The translations under genes were made by a program, and so were the position numbers. From the NCBI GenBank assembly GCA_963742245.1, contig CAVULG010000009.1, positions 84,169 to 148,168 of the forward strand: a stretch of DNA of 64,000 nt, read 5' to 3'. Under the pieces are notes generated by a model, which made no database searches, was not told the DNA's origin, and worked only from the letters and a program-made list of their open reading frames with translations. The DNA is from an uncultured Acidobacteriota bacterium (GTDB lineage Bacteria; Acidobacteriota; Thermoanaerobaculia; UBA5066; Gp7-AA6). Shown piece by piece: positions 1 through 10,843 of the stretch; positions within the stretch are counted from its first letter, which is position 1; the number at the start of each line of letters is the position of its first letter.

Positions 1-1
1 G

Positions 2-879
2 ACGCCGGGGCTGCGCGCGGCCCTGTCGGGAACGGACGCCGCGTTCGTCGGCGCGCCGCCCGCGGGAGCGCGCACTCTGCCCTGGAACCGCGTCGTTTCC
101 GTGCGCGACCTCGAGGCCGTGCGTGGCGGCGACGCGGATGCGGGAACCGCGGTCGTCTCGGCCGGGGATCTCGCCCTCGCCGAAAAACGCCTGCTCGGAA
201 GCCTCGTCAAGGACACCGAAGGCTTCATGTCGCGCCATTTCGAGCGCAGGATCTCGCTCGCGGTCAGCCGGCGCCTCGCCTCGACGTCCGTGACGCCGAA
301 CGCGATGACGCTCTTCTCGATCGCGGTCGGCCTCGCCGGCGCCCTCTTCTTTCTGACGCCGACCCGGGGCTCCGAGATCGCGGGCGCGGTCCTCTTTCTT
401 CTCCATTCGATCCTCGACGGCTGCGACGGGGAGCTCGCGCGCCTGAAGTTCCAGGAGTCGCGCTGGGGAGGCGTCCTCGACTTCTGGGGCGACAACGTCG
501 TGCACGCTGCCGTGTTCGCCGCCATGGCCGTCGGATGGGCGCGGCTCGCCGGCGCCGCCTGGCCGCTCGTCCTCGGCGCCAGCGCCGTCGCGGGCACGCT
601 CGCCTCGGCGCTCTTCGTCTACCGGCGCACGATGGCCGGAGCGAAGTCGCCGGAAGGCCCGCTCTACACCTCCGTCGCCACGCAGGAGCCCACGCCGCTC
701 TCGCGGCTCGCGGACGCCCTGTCGCGGCGCGATTTCATCTATCTCGTTCTGATACTGTCCGCCCTCGGCAAGGCCCGCTGGTTCCTGGCGCTTGCGGCCG
801 CGGGCGCCCCGCTCTATCTTCTGGCGCTCGTCGTCATCGCCACGGGCGAACGGCGCGCTGCGATTTCGAGGAAAGGTTC

Positions 880-883
<4 letters not shown>
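2..883 (+). CDS. CDP-alcohol phosphatidyltransferase, IPCT/DIPPS-like (5' end outside window)
   Basis: The frame is open from the window edge. It carries the signature DGCDGELAR-x8-G-x3-D-x3-D followed by several TM helices. The juxtamembrane segment KDTEGFMSRHFERRIS resembles the linker of fused cytidylyltransferase/DIPP synthases. The stop overlaps the next start (ATGA at 880-883). Confidence 0.75.
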
Positions 884-2225
<1,342 letters not shown>

Positions 2226-2229
<4 letters not shown>

Positions 2230-3578
2230 GGCTTACGGAGGTCCACCTTGGGAGCGTCGCCGGCGGGGATCGTCTCGACGGTGAGCTCCTCGGGCAGGTA
2301 CTTCACGTCCGCCGACCAGCCGGTCACGCGGCTGCCCTTCTCGTCTCGCATTTCCGAGACGGATCGCATCTCCCACTGGAGCGAGTACGGGCCCACGCGC
2401 AGGGTGGGGAACGGGCTCTCGGAGTCCTCGGTCTCCCCGGACGTGTCGGAGTTCGAGGACGCGCCCCGGAAACGCCAGCGGTACTTGACCGACTTCAGGC
2501 TCGGTTCGACGACCTCGATCACGCCTCGCCCCTGCGGGCCCTGGACGAGCAATGCGCGATCGGGACCGAGCGTGATCGAGCTCCCCGCTTCCATGAGGGC
2601 GATGAGACGGCCTCCGCCTTCCCTTTCGAACCGGGGCGTGACGCGGGCCATCTGCTCGTTGCGGTCCGGAAAGAGCGTCGCGAGGGCGTGCGCCTGCGCG
2701 AGGTCCAGGGACTCGAAGGAATCGCCGGGGAGCGGAATGACGTCCACCCCGCCGGCGAAGCCGACCGAAAACCCATCGTTCGTTCGGGCAAAAGGCGAGT
2801 GAGGCATCCAGAAGAGGCGGAAAGGACCCGCCCGGAGGGTCGCGGAAACCGGCACCGCGCCGCTGGTCTCCTTCCCACCCGGTTCCCGAAACCGCCACCG
2901 ATAGGCGACCTGCTCCCCCGTCGTCCCGGTCACCTTAAGAAGCGCCTCGCCTTCCGGACCCGAGACGAGGAATGCGGAGCCCACGCGCGCCTCGAGGGCC
3001 GTGCGGACGGAACCCTCGTCGTCGGGCGGGCCCTGGATCCGGTTGTATTGAGCGCTCAGCCGCGCCGCCTCGGACTGCATGCGCGCACCGAGCTCCGCCG
3101 GGTAGACGCTGGCCCTGACGCTCAAGCGGACGAGCGGGGCCTTGCTGGTCTCGGGCGCCTCATAGGCGAAGGCGTAGCTGGCCCGATCGTCGCCGGAGTT
3201 CTTCCAGTCCGACGCCCAGGAATACCGCTGGACGTGCTCGGGCTTCCGGGCGTCCACGAAGCTCGTCCAGCCCCGGACCATCGAGGTCGGGGTCCCGGGA
3301 TTGAGCGAGTCCTCTTTGAGCGGCGTCCAGCCGAGCTTCTCGAGACGCTTCACGATTTCGAGGATCGGCCCGGCCGCCGGAAAGGGGGCGTTCAACTCGT
3401 AGCTCGCGCTGCGGGCGTCGCCGTGTGTCTGGCGCCGGACATTCTCGGCGTCCGGGAGGACGATCAGCGCGTCGTCGAGACCGCTCGGAGGCCTCGCCGC
3501 CGCGTCGCGCCCACAGCCGAGCAGCGCCGCCAACACGGCGGACGCCACGGCCGGACCCAAGCGACACAATTGTGACAA
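2226..3578 (-). CDS. lipoprotein of unknown function with an internal domain duplication
   Basis: Signal peptide plus lipobox (AALLGC). Two roughly 100-aa segments share the motif V-x-YRWRFR...LR-x-GP-[FY]-x-L-x-W. TTG start; alternative starts lie a few codons downstream. Confidence 0.6.
3565..3574. promoter_or_regulatory. perfect palindrome CACAATTGTG between divergent lipoprotein and dinB genes (candidate operator)
   Basis: A 10-bp perfect palindrome (14-bp imperfect, GACACAATTGTGAC) lies 28 nt upstream of the dinB ATG. Confidence 0.3.
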
Positions 3579-3601
3579 ACGGAAACCTTGCGCCCGATTC
3601 T

Positions 3602-4726
3602 ATGCCTCAAGTCCGTCCAATAGACTCCCCTGGCGTGGCCGTCCGCCGAATCCTCCACGTCGACATGGACGCCTTCTACGCGTCCGTGGAGCAGCGCGAC
3701 GATCCGTCGCTCAAGGGCCGGCCCGTCGCCGTGGGCGGATCGCCCGAGAGCCGCGGCGTCGTCGCGGCCGCGAGCTACGAGGCCCGCAAGTTCGGCGTGC
3801 GCTCGGCGATCCCGATGGCGCGGGCGGTGCGGCTGTGTCCGGAGCTGACGATCCTCCGGCCCGACTTTCAGAAGTACGCCGCGGTCTCGAAACAGGTCAT
3901 GGAGCTCTTCCGGAGCGTCACGCCGCTCGTCGAGCCCCTGTCGCTCGACGAGGCGTACCTCGACGTCACGGAGAACGCGCTGGGGCTCGGGCTGGGCGTC
4001 GAGGTCGCCCGGCACCTGAAGGCCCGGATCCTGGAAGAGACGCGCCTGACGGCGTCGGCGGGTGTCGCGCCGAACAAGTTCCTCGCCAAGATCGCGTCGG
4101 GCTGGCGAAAGCCCGACGGGCTGACCGTGATCGCGCCCGAGCGTGTCGAGCGCTTCCTGCAGGACCTGCCCGTGGACGCGCTCTGGGGCGTGGGGCCCGT
4201 GACCGCGGGCAAGCTGCGGGCCGCGGGGATCGACCGGCTGGTCGACGTCCGGACCGCCGCACCCGACGTTCTGCAGAAAGCCGTCGGAAGCTGGGCCGAG
4301 GGGCTGCGACGCCTCTCGTTCGGGGAGGACGACCGCGCCGTCGAGCCCAACCGCGAGCGCAAGTCCGTGGGCTGCGAGGAAACCTACGCCAAGGACCTCA
4401 CCGAGCTTGCGGTGATCCGCGCGGAGGTCGAAGCGCTCGCGCGGCATGCGGCCGACATCCTCGGGCGTAAGGACCTCTACGCGCGCACCGTGACGCTGAA
4501 GCTGCGCTACTCCGACTTCACCACCATCACGCGCAGCGCCACGCAGGACCCCGCCACACGCGACGCCGGCGCGATCGTCGAGCGGGCGGTGTCTCTGCTC
4601 GCGAAGACGGAAGCCGGAGCGCGGCCCGTGCGGCTGCTCGGCGTATCGACGCACGGCCTGAGCGAGACCCCGCCGACCATCGAGGTCCCGGAACCCCCGG
4701 AGGAGCTCCTGCCGCTCTCCGAGTGA
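3602..4726 (+). CDS. dinB: DNA polymerase IV (Y-family)
   Basis: ATG 3602 lies inside ORF 3425..4726. Motifs HVDMDAFYASVEQ, SLDEAYLDVT and SAGVAPNKFLAKIAS are present. Confidence 0.9.
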   Translation: MPQVRPIDSPGVAVRRILHVDMDAFYASVEQRDDPSLKGRPVAVGGSPESRGVVAAASYEARKFGVRSAIPMARAVRLCPELTILRPDFQKYAAVSKQVMELFRSVTPLVEPLSLDEAYLDVTENALGLGLGVEVARHLKARILEETRLTASAGVAPNKFLAKIASGWRKPDGLTVIAPERVERFLQDLPVDALWGVGPVTAGKLRAAGIDRLVDVRTAAPDVLQKAVGSWAEGLRRLSFGEDDRAVEPNRERKSVGCEETYAKDLTELAVIRAEVEALARHAADILGRKDLYARTVTLKLRYSDFTTITRSATQDPATRDAGAIVERAVSLLAKTEAGARPVRLLGVSTHGLSETPPTIEVPEPPEELLPLSE

Positions 4727-4739
4727 GGAGCCGGCCTGA

Positions 4740-5666
4740 CTAGGAGCCGGTCGTGATCCCGCGCCGCACGGCCGAGAGCGGCGCCGCGTCGTCGTAGACG
4801 ATCCGCTCGCCCGCGGAGGCCACGCCCAGGCGCTTCCACAGGTCCGCGAGGTCGACCTTCTCCGGCATGGGCGCCTTGCCCATCCTCTCGTAGAGCTCGG
4901 TCAGCACCGGAACGCCGGTGGCGCGGTCTCCTTCGGAAAGCACCTTCTCGATCGGCCAGGATCGCGTCACTTCGCCGCCGGCGCGCACGATCCCGCGGAG
5001 GGCGTCGTCGAGCGAGAAGCGGTTGTTCGTCCGCTTGCGGATCTCGACGTCTGCGAGAAAGCAGAAGGCCGCCCCACCCCAGTACGTCGCGCTGTGGCCG
5101 CGCGCCTCGTCGAGCGACACGCCGCGCGCGCTCGCGAGCCCCTTCGGAATGCCCCACACGAGCCAGGTCCAGATCTCGTCGGCCGGCGCGAGCCCCGCCC
5201 GGGCCCGGACCAGCGGCTCGACGTAGGTCGCGAGCCCCTCCTCGAGCCACGCGTGGCCGTTCACGGAGGGAAGCGCCAGGTGCACCATCTCGTGCACCAG
5301 GATCCAGCTCTCGGAGAGATCCCGCGCGGTCGCGTCGTCGCCGACCCGGATGCGGATCGAGGGCTCGCCGCGTCCTTCGGTACGCCCGCCCGATACGGCG
5401 CCGCGCCCGCCGACGTGAATCAGGACGGCCACGCGCGGCACCGGAAAAGTTCCGTAATAGCTCGCGACCGCGCGGCCGGCGCCGATCACCCATCCCACCA
5501 GGTCCTCGTCGGAGAGAACCGGGTGTCGCCCCGAGATGCCGATGTCGAGGACGCCGCCGGGAACAGTGACCTCGGAGGCGCGGGCCGGTGTGGCCCCGGA
5601 AAGCGCCAGGCCCCCGACGAGCAGGGCCGCGACGAGGCTGGGCTTGCTCATTCCGGGGAGCGACAC
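4740..5666 (-). CDS. secreted gluzincin-type zinc metallopeptidase (M1/M61-like)
   Basis: Signal peptide. HEMVH followed by WLEEGLATY, the HExxH...E arrangement of gluzincins. Confidence 0.6.
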   Translation of the reverse strand: MSLPGMSKPSLVAALLVGGLALSGATPARASEVTVPGGVLDIGISGRHPVLSDEDLVGWVIGAGRAVASYYGTFPVPRVAVLIHVGGRGAVSGGRTEGRGEPSIRIRVGDDATARDLSESWILVHEMVHLALPSVNGHAWLEEGLATYVEPLVRARAGLAPADEIWTWLVWGIPKGLASARGVSLDEARGHSATYWGGAAFCFLADVEIRKRTNNRFSLDDALRGIVRAGGEVTRSWPIEKVLSEGDRATGVPVLTELYERMGKAPMPEKVDLADLWKRLGVASAGERIVYDDAAPLSAVRRGITTGS

Positions 5667-5699
5667 TGCATTAACCGGGCCAGAAGGAGAGGCGTGTTC

Positions 5700-7052
5700 C
5701 TAGCGTTTCTCCATCGGCACGAACGCCCGTTCGCCCTCGCCGAGGTACACCTGGCGGGGCCGCGCGATCTTCTCCTCGGGATCCTCGAGCAGCTCCTCCC
5801 ACTGGGCGAGCCAGCCGGAGGTCCGCGGGATCGCGAAGAGCACCGTGAAGGCCGCCGTGGGGATGCCGATCGCCTGGTAGATCAGGCCGGAGTAGAAGTC
5901 GACGTTCGGGTAGAGCTTGCGCTTGACGAAGTACTCGTCCTGCAGCGCGATGCGCTCGAGCTCGAGCGCGATGTCGAGCAGCGGGTTGCGTCCCGTGACC
6001 TCGAAGACCTCCTCGGCCATGCGCTTGATGATCTTGGCGCGCGGATCGAAGTTCTTGTAGACGCGGTGGCCGAAGCCCATGAGCCGCTTCTCGCCTTTGC
6101 CTTCCTTGACCTCTTTGATGAACGCGGGCACGCGGTCCTTCGTGCCGATCTCCTCGAGCATCTTGAGGACTTCCTCGTTCGCGCCGCCATGGAGCGGGCC
6201 GTAGAGGGCCGCCGCCGCACCCGCCACCGCCGAGTACGGGTCGGTGTGCGCCGAGCCGATGCCCCGCATCGCGTTGGTGCCGCAGTTCTGCTCGTGGTCC
6301 GCGTGGAGGATGAAGAGCGCGTCGAGCGCGCGCACGAGCGTCGGGTTCGGCTTGTAGTTCTCGGCCGGCGTCTTGAAGAGCATCGTCAGGAAGTTGGCCG
6401 TGTAATCGAGCTCGTTGGACGGGTAGACGTAGGGCATGCCCATCGAGTGCTTGTAAGCGAAGGCCGCGATCGTCGGCATCTTGGCGATCAGGCGGTGGAT
6501 CTGTTTGGTCCGCACGGCCGGATCGTGGACGTCGCGCGCCTCCGGGTAAAAAGTCGACATGGCCGCGACCGTTGCGATGAGCATCCCCATCGGGTGCGCG
6601 TCGTAGTTGAAGGCGTCCATGACCTTCTTCAGGCTCTCGTGGATCATGGTGTGGTACGTGACCGCGTGGACCCAGTCCTCGTACTGCTGCCGGTTCGGGA
6701 GCTCGCCGTAAAGAAGAAGGTACGCGACCTCCATGTAGTTGCACTTCTCGGCGAGCACGTCGATCGGATAGCCGCGGTACCGGAGGATGCCCTTGTCGCC
6801 GTCGATGTACGTGATGCGGCTGGCGCAGGCGGCGGTGTTGAGAAACGCCGGGTCGTAGGTCATGAGGCCGAAGTCTTCCGGCCCGGTCTTGATCTGGCGC
6901 AGGTCCGTGGCGCGGATGGTGCCGTGGGCGATCGGGACTTCGTAGACGCGCCCCGTCCGCTCGTCGCGGATCGTGAGCGCGTCCCGCTTGTCGCCGGCGG
7001 GGGCCGCCTTGTCTTCTTTTTCCTCGCCTTTGGCCGCTTCCACGGTGCCCAT
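5700..7052 (-). CDS. gltA: citrate synthase
   Basis: 450 aa. Motifs HADHEQN and GFGHRVYKNFDPRA. GGAGG Shine-Dalgarno 5 nt upstream of the ATG. Confidence 0.95.
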   Translation of the reverse strand: MGTVEAAKGEEKEDKAAPAGDKRDALTIRDERTGRVYEVPIAHGTIRATDLRQIKTGPEDFGLMTYDPAFLNTAACASRITYIDGDKGILRYRGYPIDVLAEKCNYMEVAYLLLYGELPNRQQYEDWVHAVTYHTMIHESLKKVMDAFNYDAHPMGMLIATVAAMSTFYPEARDVHDPAVRTKQIHRLIAKMPTIAAFAYKHSMGMPYVYPSNELDYTANFLTMLFKTPAENYKPNPTLVRALDALFILHADHEQNCGTNAMRGIGSAHTDPYSAVAGAAAALYGPLHGGANEEVLKMLEEIGTKDRVPAFIKEVKEGKGEKRLMGFGHRVYKNFDPRAKIIKRMAEEVFEVTGRNPLLDIALELERIALQDEYFVKRKLYPNVDFYSGLIYQAIGIPTAAFTVLFAIPRTSGWLAQWEELLEDPEEKIARPRQVYLGEGERAFVPMEKR

Positions 7053-7129
7053 GGGGACCTCCGCGGCTATTCTCTAACGGATTTCGCGAGAAACCTCGCG
7101 AGCGTCGAACTGCTCTTAGAATTGCCGCC

Positions 7130-7597
7130 GTGCCGGACACACCGAGCCTTCAGGACACCTTCGCGCCGAACAACCTCTGCTTCGGCTGCGGGCCGGCCAA
7201 TGCAAAGGGTCTCCGGATCAAAAGCTTCGTCGAGGGGGACACGCTCGTCGCGCAATGGCGCCCCGAGCCGCACCACGTCGCCTTCGACGGGATCGTCAAC
7301 GGCGGCATCTGCGGCGCGCTGCTGGACTGCCACAGCAACTGGACGGCGGCCTGGCACCTCATGCGGCGGTCCGGCGCCTCGACGCCGCCCTGCACGGTGA
7401 CAGCCGACTTTCACGTCACGTTGAAGCGCCCGACCCCGATCGACGCGACCCTGCTTCTCACCGCCCGGGTCGCCGAGTCCTCCGAGGACCGGGCCGTCAT
7501 CGACGCCACCCTCGAGGCCAACGGAAAGGTCACGGCCACCTGCCGCGGCACGTTCGTGGCGGTCCAGCCGGGTCACCCGGCGTACCACCGATGGTGA
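7130..7597 (+). CDS. PaaI-family hotdog-fold thioesterase
   Basis: 155 aa. N-terminal CFGCG motif and NGGICGALLD hotdog core. GTG start 7 nt after a TAGAAT box. Confidence 0.7.
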   Translation: MPDTPSLQDTFAPNNLCFGCGPANAKGLRIKSFVEGDTLVAQWRPEPHHVAFDGIVNGGICGALLDCHSNWTAAWHLMRRSGASTPPCTVTADFHVTLKRPTPIDATLLLTARVAESSEDRAVIDATLEANGKVTATCRGTFVAVQPGHPAYHRW

Positions 7598-7598
7598 G

Positions 7599-8351
7599 GT
7601 GGTGAAAGGCCGGGCCCTGCTCGCCGCGGCCCTCTTCGCGGGCCTCCCGGCGCTGGCCGCGGCGGCGCCGCCGCCCGAAGTCGCCGAGCGGACGGTCCTC
7701 TCCCGCGAGAAGAAGCGCACCTACGCTTTCTACGTCCCCGCATCCGTCAAGCCGGACGCGAAGGCGCCCCTGCTCGTCCTGATCCACGGCTCGACGTCCA
7801 ACGGAAAGACCATCCTGTCGCGCTGGACCGGCATGGCGGATGCCCACGGGATCATCCTGGCGGCGCCGAACGCCATCGACAACTCCCGCTGGGCCTCGCC
7901 GGAAGACGGGCCGCTCTTTCTCAAAGACGTCGTCGACGACGTCGCAAAGCTATACGCGATCGACGGCCGCCGCATGTACATTTTCGGCCACTCCGCCGGC
8001 GCCGTTTTCGCGCTCCAGATGGCGTGCCTCGAATCGCTCTATTTCGCGGCGGGCGCGATCCACGCCGGCGCGGTGAGCTCGGACTTCTTCTCGCTCTTCG
8101 ACTTCGCGCAGCGGAAGATCCCGCTCGCGATCTTCATCGGGACCCGGGACCAGTTCTTTCCGCTCGACGTCGTCCGCGCCACGAACGAGGCCCTGAAGAA
8201 GCGCAATTTCCCGCTCCTCTACGAGGAGATTCTCGACCACGCGCACGACTACTCGAAGGTGGCGCCGGACATCAACCCCAGGATCTGGACGTTTTTCGAG
8301 GCCCATCCCCTGCCCGAGGACCCGCGCTACACGGCCTTCAAGGACCCCTAG
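7599..8351 (+). CDS. secreted alpha/beta hydrolase (PHB-depolymerase/esterase family)
   Basis: Signal peptide, nucleophile elbow GHSAGA, and LLVLIHG oxyanion region. GTG start. Confidence 0.7.
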   Translation: MVKGRALLAAALFAGLPALAAAAPPPEVAERTVLSREKKRTYAFYVPASVKPDAKAPLLVLIHGSTSNGKTILSRWTGMADAHGIILAAPNAIDNSRWASPEDGPLFLKDVVDDVAKLYAIDGRRMYIFGHSAGAVFALQMACLESLYFAAGAIHAGAVSSDFFSLFDFAQRKIPLAIFIGTRDQFFPLDVVRATNEALKKRNFPLLYEEILDHAHDYSKVAPDINPRIWTFFEAHPLPEDPRYTAFKDP

Positions 8352-8423
8352 GCCAGCCTGTCTCTCTTACCGGCCGGGAGGCCAGTCGCCAAAGCACCGG
8401 CCGAGCCGTACACTTCCTGCACC

Positions 8424-10838
8424 TTGAAATCCGGCCTGCTTCGTGCCGCAGCGGCTTCCTGCGCGCTGATCGCCGCGGGGACCGCGTCCGCCGCGACGAG
8501 CTTCCAGCTCGCGTACCTGTCGGCGACCTCGGGACCCGCCTCGGGGGGAACGCCACTGTCGCTCGTCGGCAACCAGTTCACCGCGGGCGCCTCCGCGTCG
8601 ATCGGCGGCACGCCGGTCTCCGCCTCGGTCGCGAGTCCCACGCGGATTGCCGCGACGGCTCCCGCGCTGACCGCCGGGATGCTCCACGACGTCACCGTCA
8701 CGTCGGGCGGCCCCTCGGCGACGTTGCCGAAGGCCTGGTTCGCCGATTACCTCGACGTTCCGCAGTCGAGCCCCTTCCACGCGCCGGTCGAGACGATCGC
8801 GCGCGACGGAATCACCTCCGGCTGCGGCGGGGGCAACTACTGCCCGGGCAACTCGATCACCCGCGCGCAGATGGCCGTGTTTCTGCTCCGCGCGGCGCAC
8901 GGCGGCGGATACACGCCGCCTCCGGCGACCGGAACGGTCTTCGCCGACGTACCCCTCGGCACCTTCGCGGCCGACTGGATCGAGCAGCTCTATTACGACG
9001 GCGTCACCGGGGGCTGCGCGGTCTCGCCGTTGCGCTACTGTCCCACCGCATCCGTGACGCGCGGCCAGATGGCCGTCTTTCTCCTGAAGGTCTACCACGC
9101 GATCTCCTACGCGCCCCCGCCGGCGCAGGGCGTGTTCGGCGACGTGCCGGTCTCTTCGCCGCTCGCGCCCTGGATCGAGGAGCTCGCGCGCCTCGCGGTG
9201 ACCTCGGGCTGCGGCGGCACCTCCTACTGCCCCGGCAACGCCGTCACGCGCGGGCAGATGGCGGTCTTCATGGCGAAGACCTTCCACCGCGACGAGGCCG
9301 TCCGGTTCCTCGAGCAGGCGACCTGGGGCCCGAACGACGAAGAGATCGGCAAGCTCCTCGGGCTCGGGATCCTCCCGTGGCTCGGCGCGCAGTACGCCAC
9401 GCCGGCGACGAGCTATCCGGTCCTGCCGATGTGGCCGGACACGGTGCCCGACTCCTGCGACGAGGCGTGCCTCATCGCGAACTACTCGATGTATCCGATG
9501 TACACCCGGCTCTTCCGCAACGCGATGTACGCGCCCGATCAGCTCCGCCAGCGGATCGCCTGGGCGCTTCACAAGCTCGTCGTCGTCTCCGCGGACACCG
9601 TCTATCAGCCCAGCCGCATGTCGCCGTACCTGCGCCTGCTCGACCAGCACGCGTTCGGCAACTACCGCGACCTGCTCTTCAACGTCACGCTCAACCCGGG
9701 CATGGGCGAGTTTCTCAACATGTCGACGAGCACGAAGTACGACCCCAACGAGAACTACGCGCGCGAGATCCTCCAGCTCTTCACGATCGGGACGGAGAAG
9801 CTGAATCCGGACGGCACGACGCAGAACGACGGCGGCGGGCTCCCCCTGCCGACGTACAACCAGGCCGTCATCGACCAGCTCAAACTCGTGTTCACGGGTT
9901 GGTACATCCCGGACATCCAGTGCCCGGCGCCCAACGGCGGCGACGACTGCTGGGACTACGGGCCGCCGATGGCCCACGACCCGGACTACCACGACACCAA
10001 CTCCAAGACGCTCTTCGCGGGCTTCCTTCCCAACGCGACCGTGATCCCGGCCGGACAGACGGGCGCGCAGGACCTCGACGCCGCGATCACCGCGATCTTC
10101 CAGCATCCCAACGTCGGGCCCTACCTCTCGCGCGAGCTCATCAAGAGCCTCGTCACGTCCAATCCCTCGCCGGCGTACATCGAGCGCGTCGCCGGATTTT
10201 TCGACGACAACGGCTCGGGGGCGCGCGGCAGCCTCTGGGCGGTCGTCAAGGCGATCCTGCTCGATCCCGAGGCGCGCACCGAGCCTGCCGACCCGGTCTA
10301 CGGCCACCTGCGCGAGCCGGTGCTCTACATCAGCGCGATCCTGCGGGCGTTCGACGCGCGCGGCGCCGATCGGGCGACCGAGAGCGATGGAAACCTCTGG
10401 TGGGAAGCGCGCCAGCTCGGCCAGAGCCCTTTCCGGCCGCCGTCCGTGTTCTCGTACTTTCCGCAGTTCTACAACGCGCCTCCGGCGGCCGCCGGGATCC
10501 GGGGCCCGGAGTTCGGGATCCTGAACGCGAAGACCGCGCTCCAGCGAGCCAACTTCGTCAACCTCATGACGTTCTGGGGCGGGCTCCCCGCCGAGCCCGA
10601 GTGGCAGCTGCCGCTCGGAACCTCGCTCGATTTCTCGGAGCTCACGCTGCTCGCGAGCAATCCGGCGAACCTCGTCGACCGGCTCGACCGGCTGCTGCTC
10701 CACGGCACGATGTCCGACGCGCTGCGCGGCGCGATCGTCGACGCCGTCGCGGCCGTCGACCCGGGCTGGCCCGAGGGACGCGCATACCAGGCGCTCTATC
10801 TCGTCGCCGTTTCGTCCCAGTACCAGATCCAGAGGTGA
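8424..10838 (+). CDS. secreted DUF1800-domain protein with N-terminal IPT/TIG-like domain and three SLH-like repeats
   Basis: TTG start with a good signal peptide. Three roughly 60-aa repeats (F-x-DVP...GC...YCP...TR-x-QMAVF) at about nt 8745-9294. The C-terminal roughly 500 aa look like DUF1800. Confidence 0.75.
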   Translation: MKSGLLRAAAASCALIAAGTASAATSFQLAYLSATSGPASGGTPLSLVGNQFTAGASASIGGTPVSASVASPTRIAATAPALTAGMLHDVTVTSGGPSATLPKAWFADYLDVPQSSPFHAPVETIARDGITSGCGGGNYCPGNSITRAQMAVFLLRAAHGGGYTPPPATGTVFADVPLGTFAADWIEQLYYDGVTGGCAVSPLRYCPTASVTRGQMAVFLLKVYHAISYAPPPAQGVFGDVPVSSPLAPWIEELARLAVTSGCGGTSYCPGNAVTRGQMAVFMAKTFHRDEAVRFLEQATWGPNDEEIGKLLGLGILPWLGAQYATPATSYPVLPMWPDTVPDSCDEACLIANYSMYPMYTRLFRNAMYAPDQLRQRIAWALHKLVVVSADTVYQPSRMSPYLRLLDQHAFGNYRDLLFNVTLNPGMGEFLNMSTSTKYDPNENYAREILQLFTIGTEKLNPDGTTQNDGGGLPLPTYNQAVIDQLKLVFTGWYIPDIQCPAPNGGDDCWDYGPPMAHDPDYHDTNSKTLFAGFLPNATVIPAGQTGAQDLDAAITAIFQHPNVGPYLSRELIKSLVTSNPSPAYIERVAGFFDDNGSGARGSLWAVVKAILLDPEARTEPADPVYGHLREPVLYISAILRAFDARGADRATESDGNLWWEARQLGQSPFRPPSVFSYFPQFYNAPPAAAGIRGPEFGILNAKTALQRANFVNLMTFWGGLPAEPEWQLPLGTSLDFSELTLLASNPANLVDRLDRLLLHGTMSDALRGAIVDAVAAVDPGWPEGRAYQALYLVAVSSQYQIQR

Positions 10839-10843
10839 CACGC

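Noticed and set aside
5094-7400. 768-aa ORF antisense to gltA
   Set aside because: Shadow ORF. Its composition is dominated by R/D/V/G, and gltA on the opposite strand is unambiguous.
8367-10841. 824-aa minus-strand ORF opposite the DUF1800 gene
   Set aside because: Shadow ORF with R/G/E/D-rich composition and no motifs.
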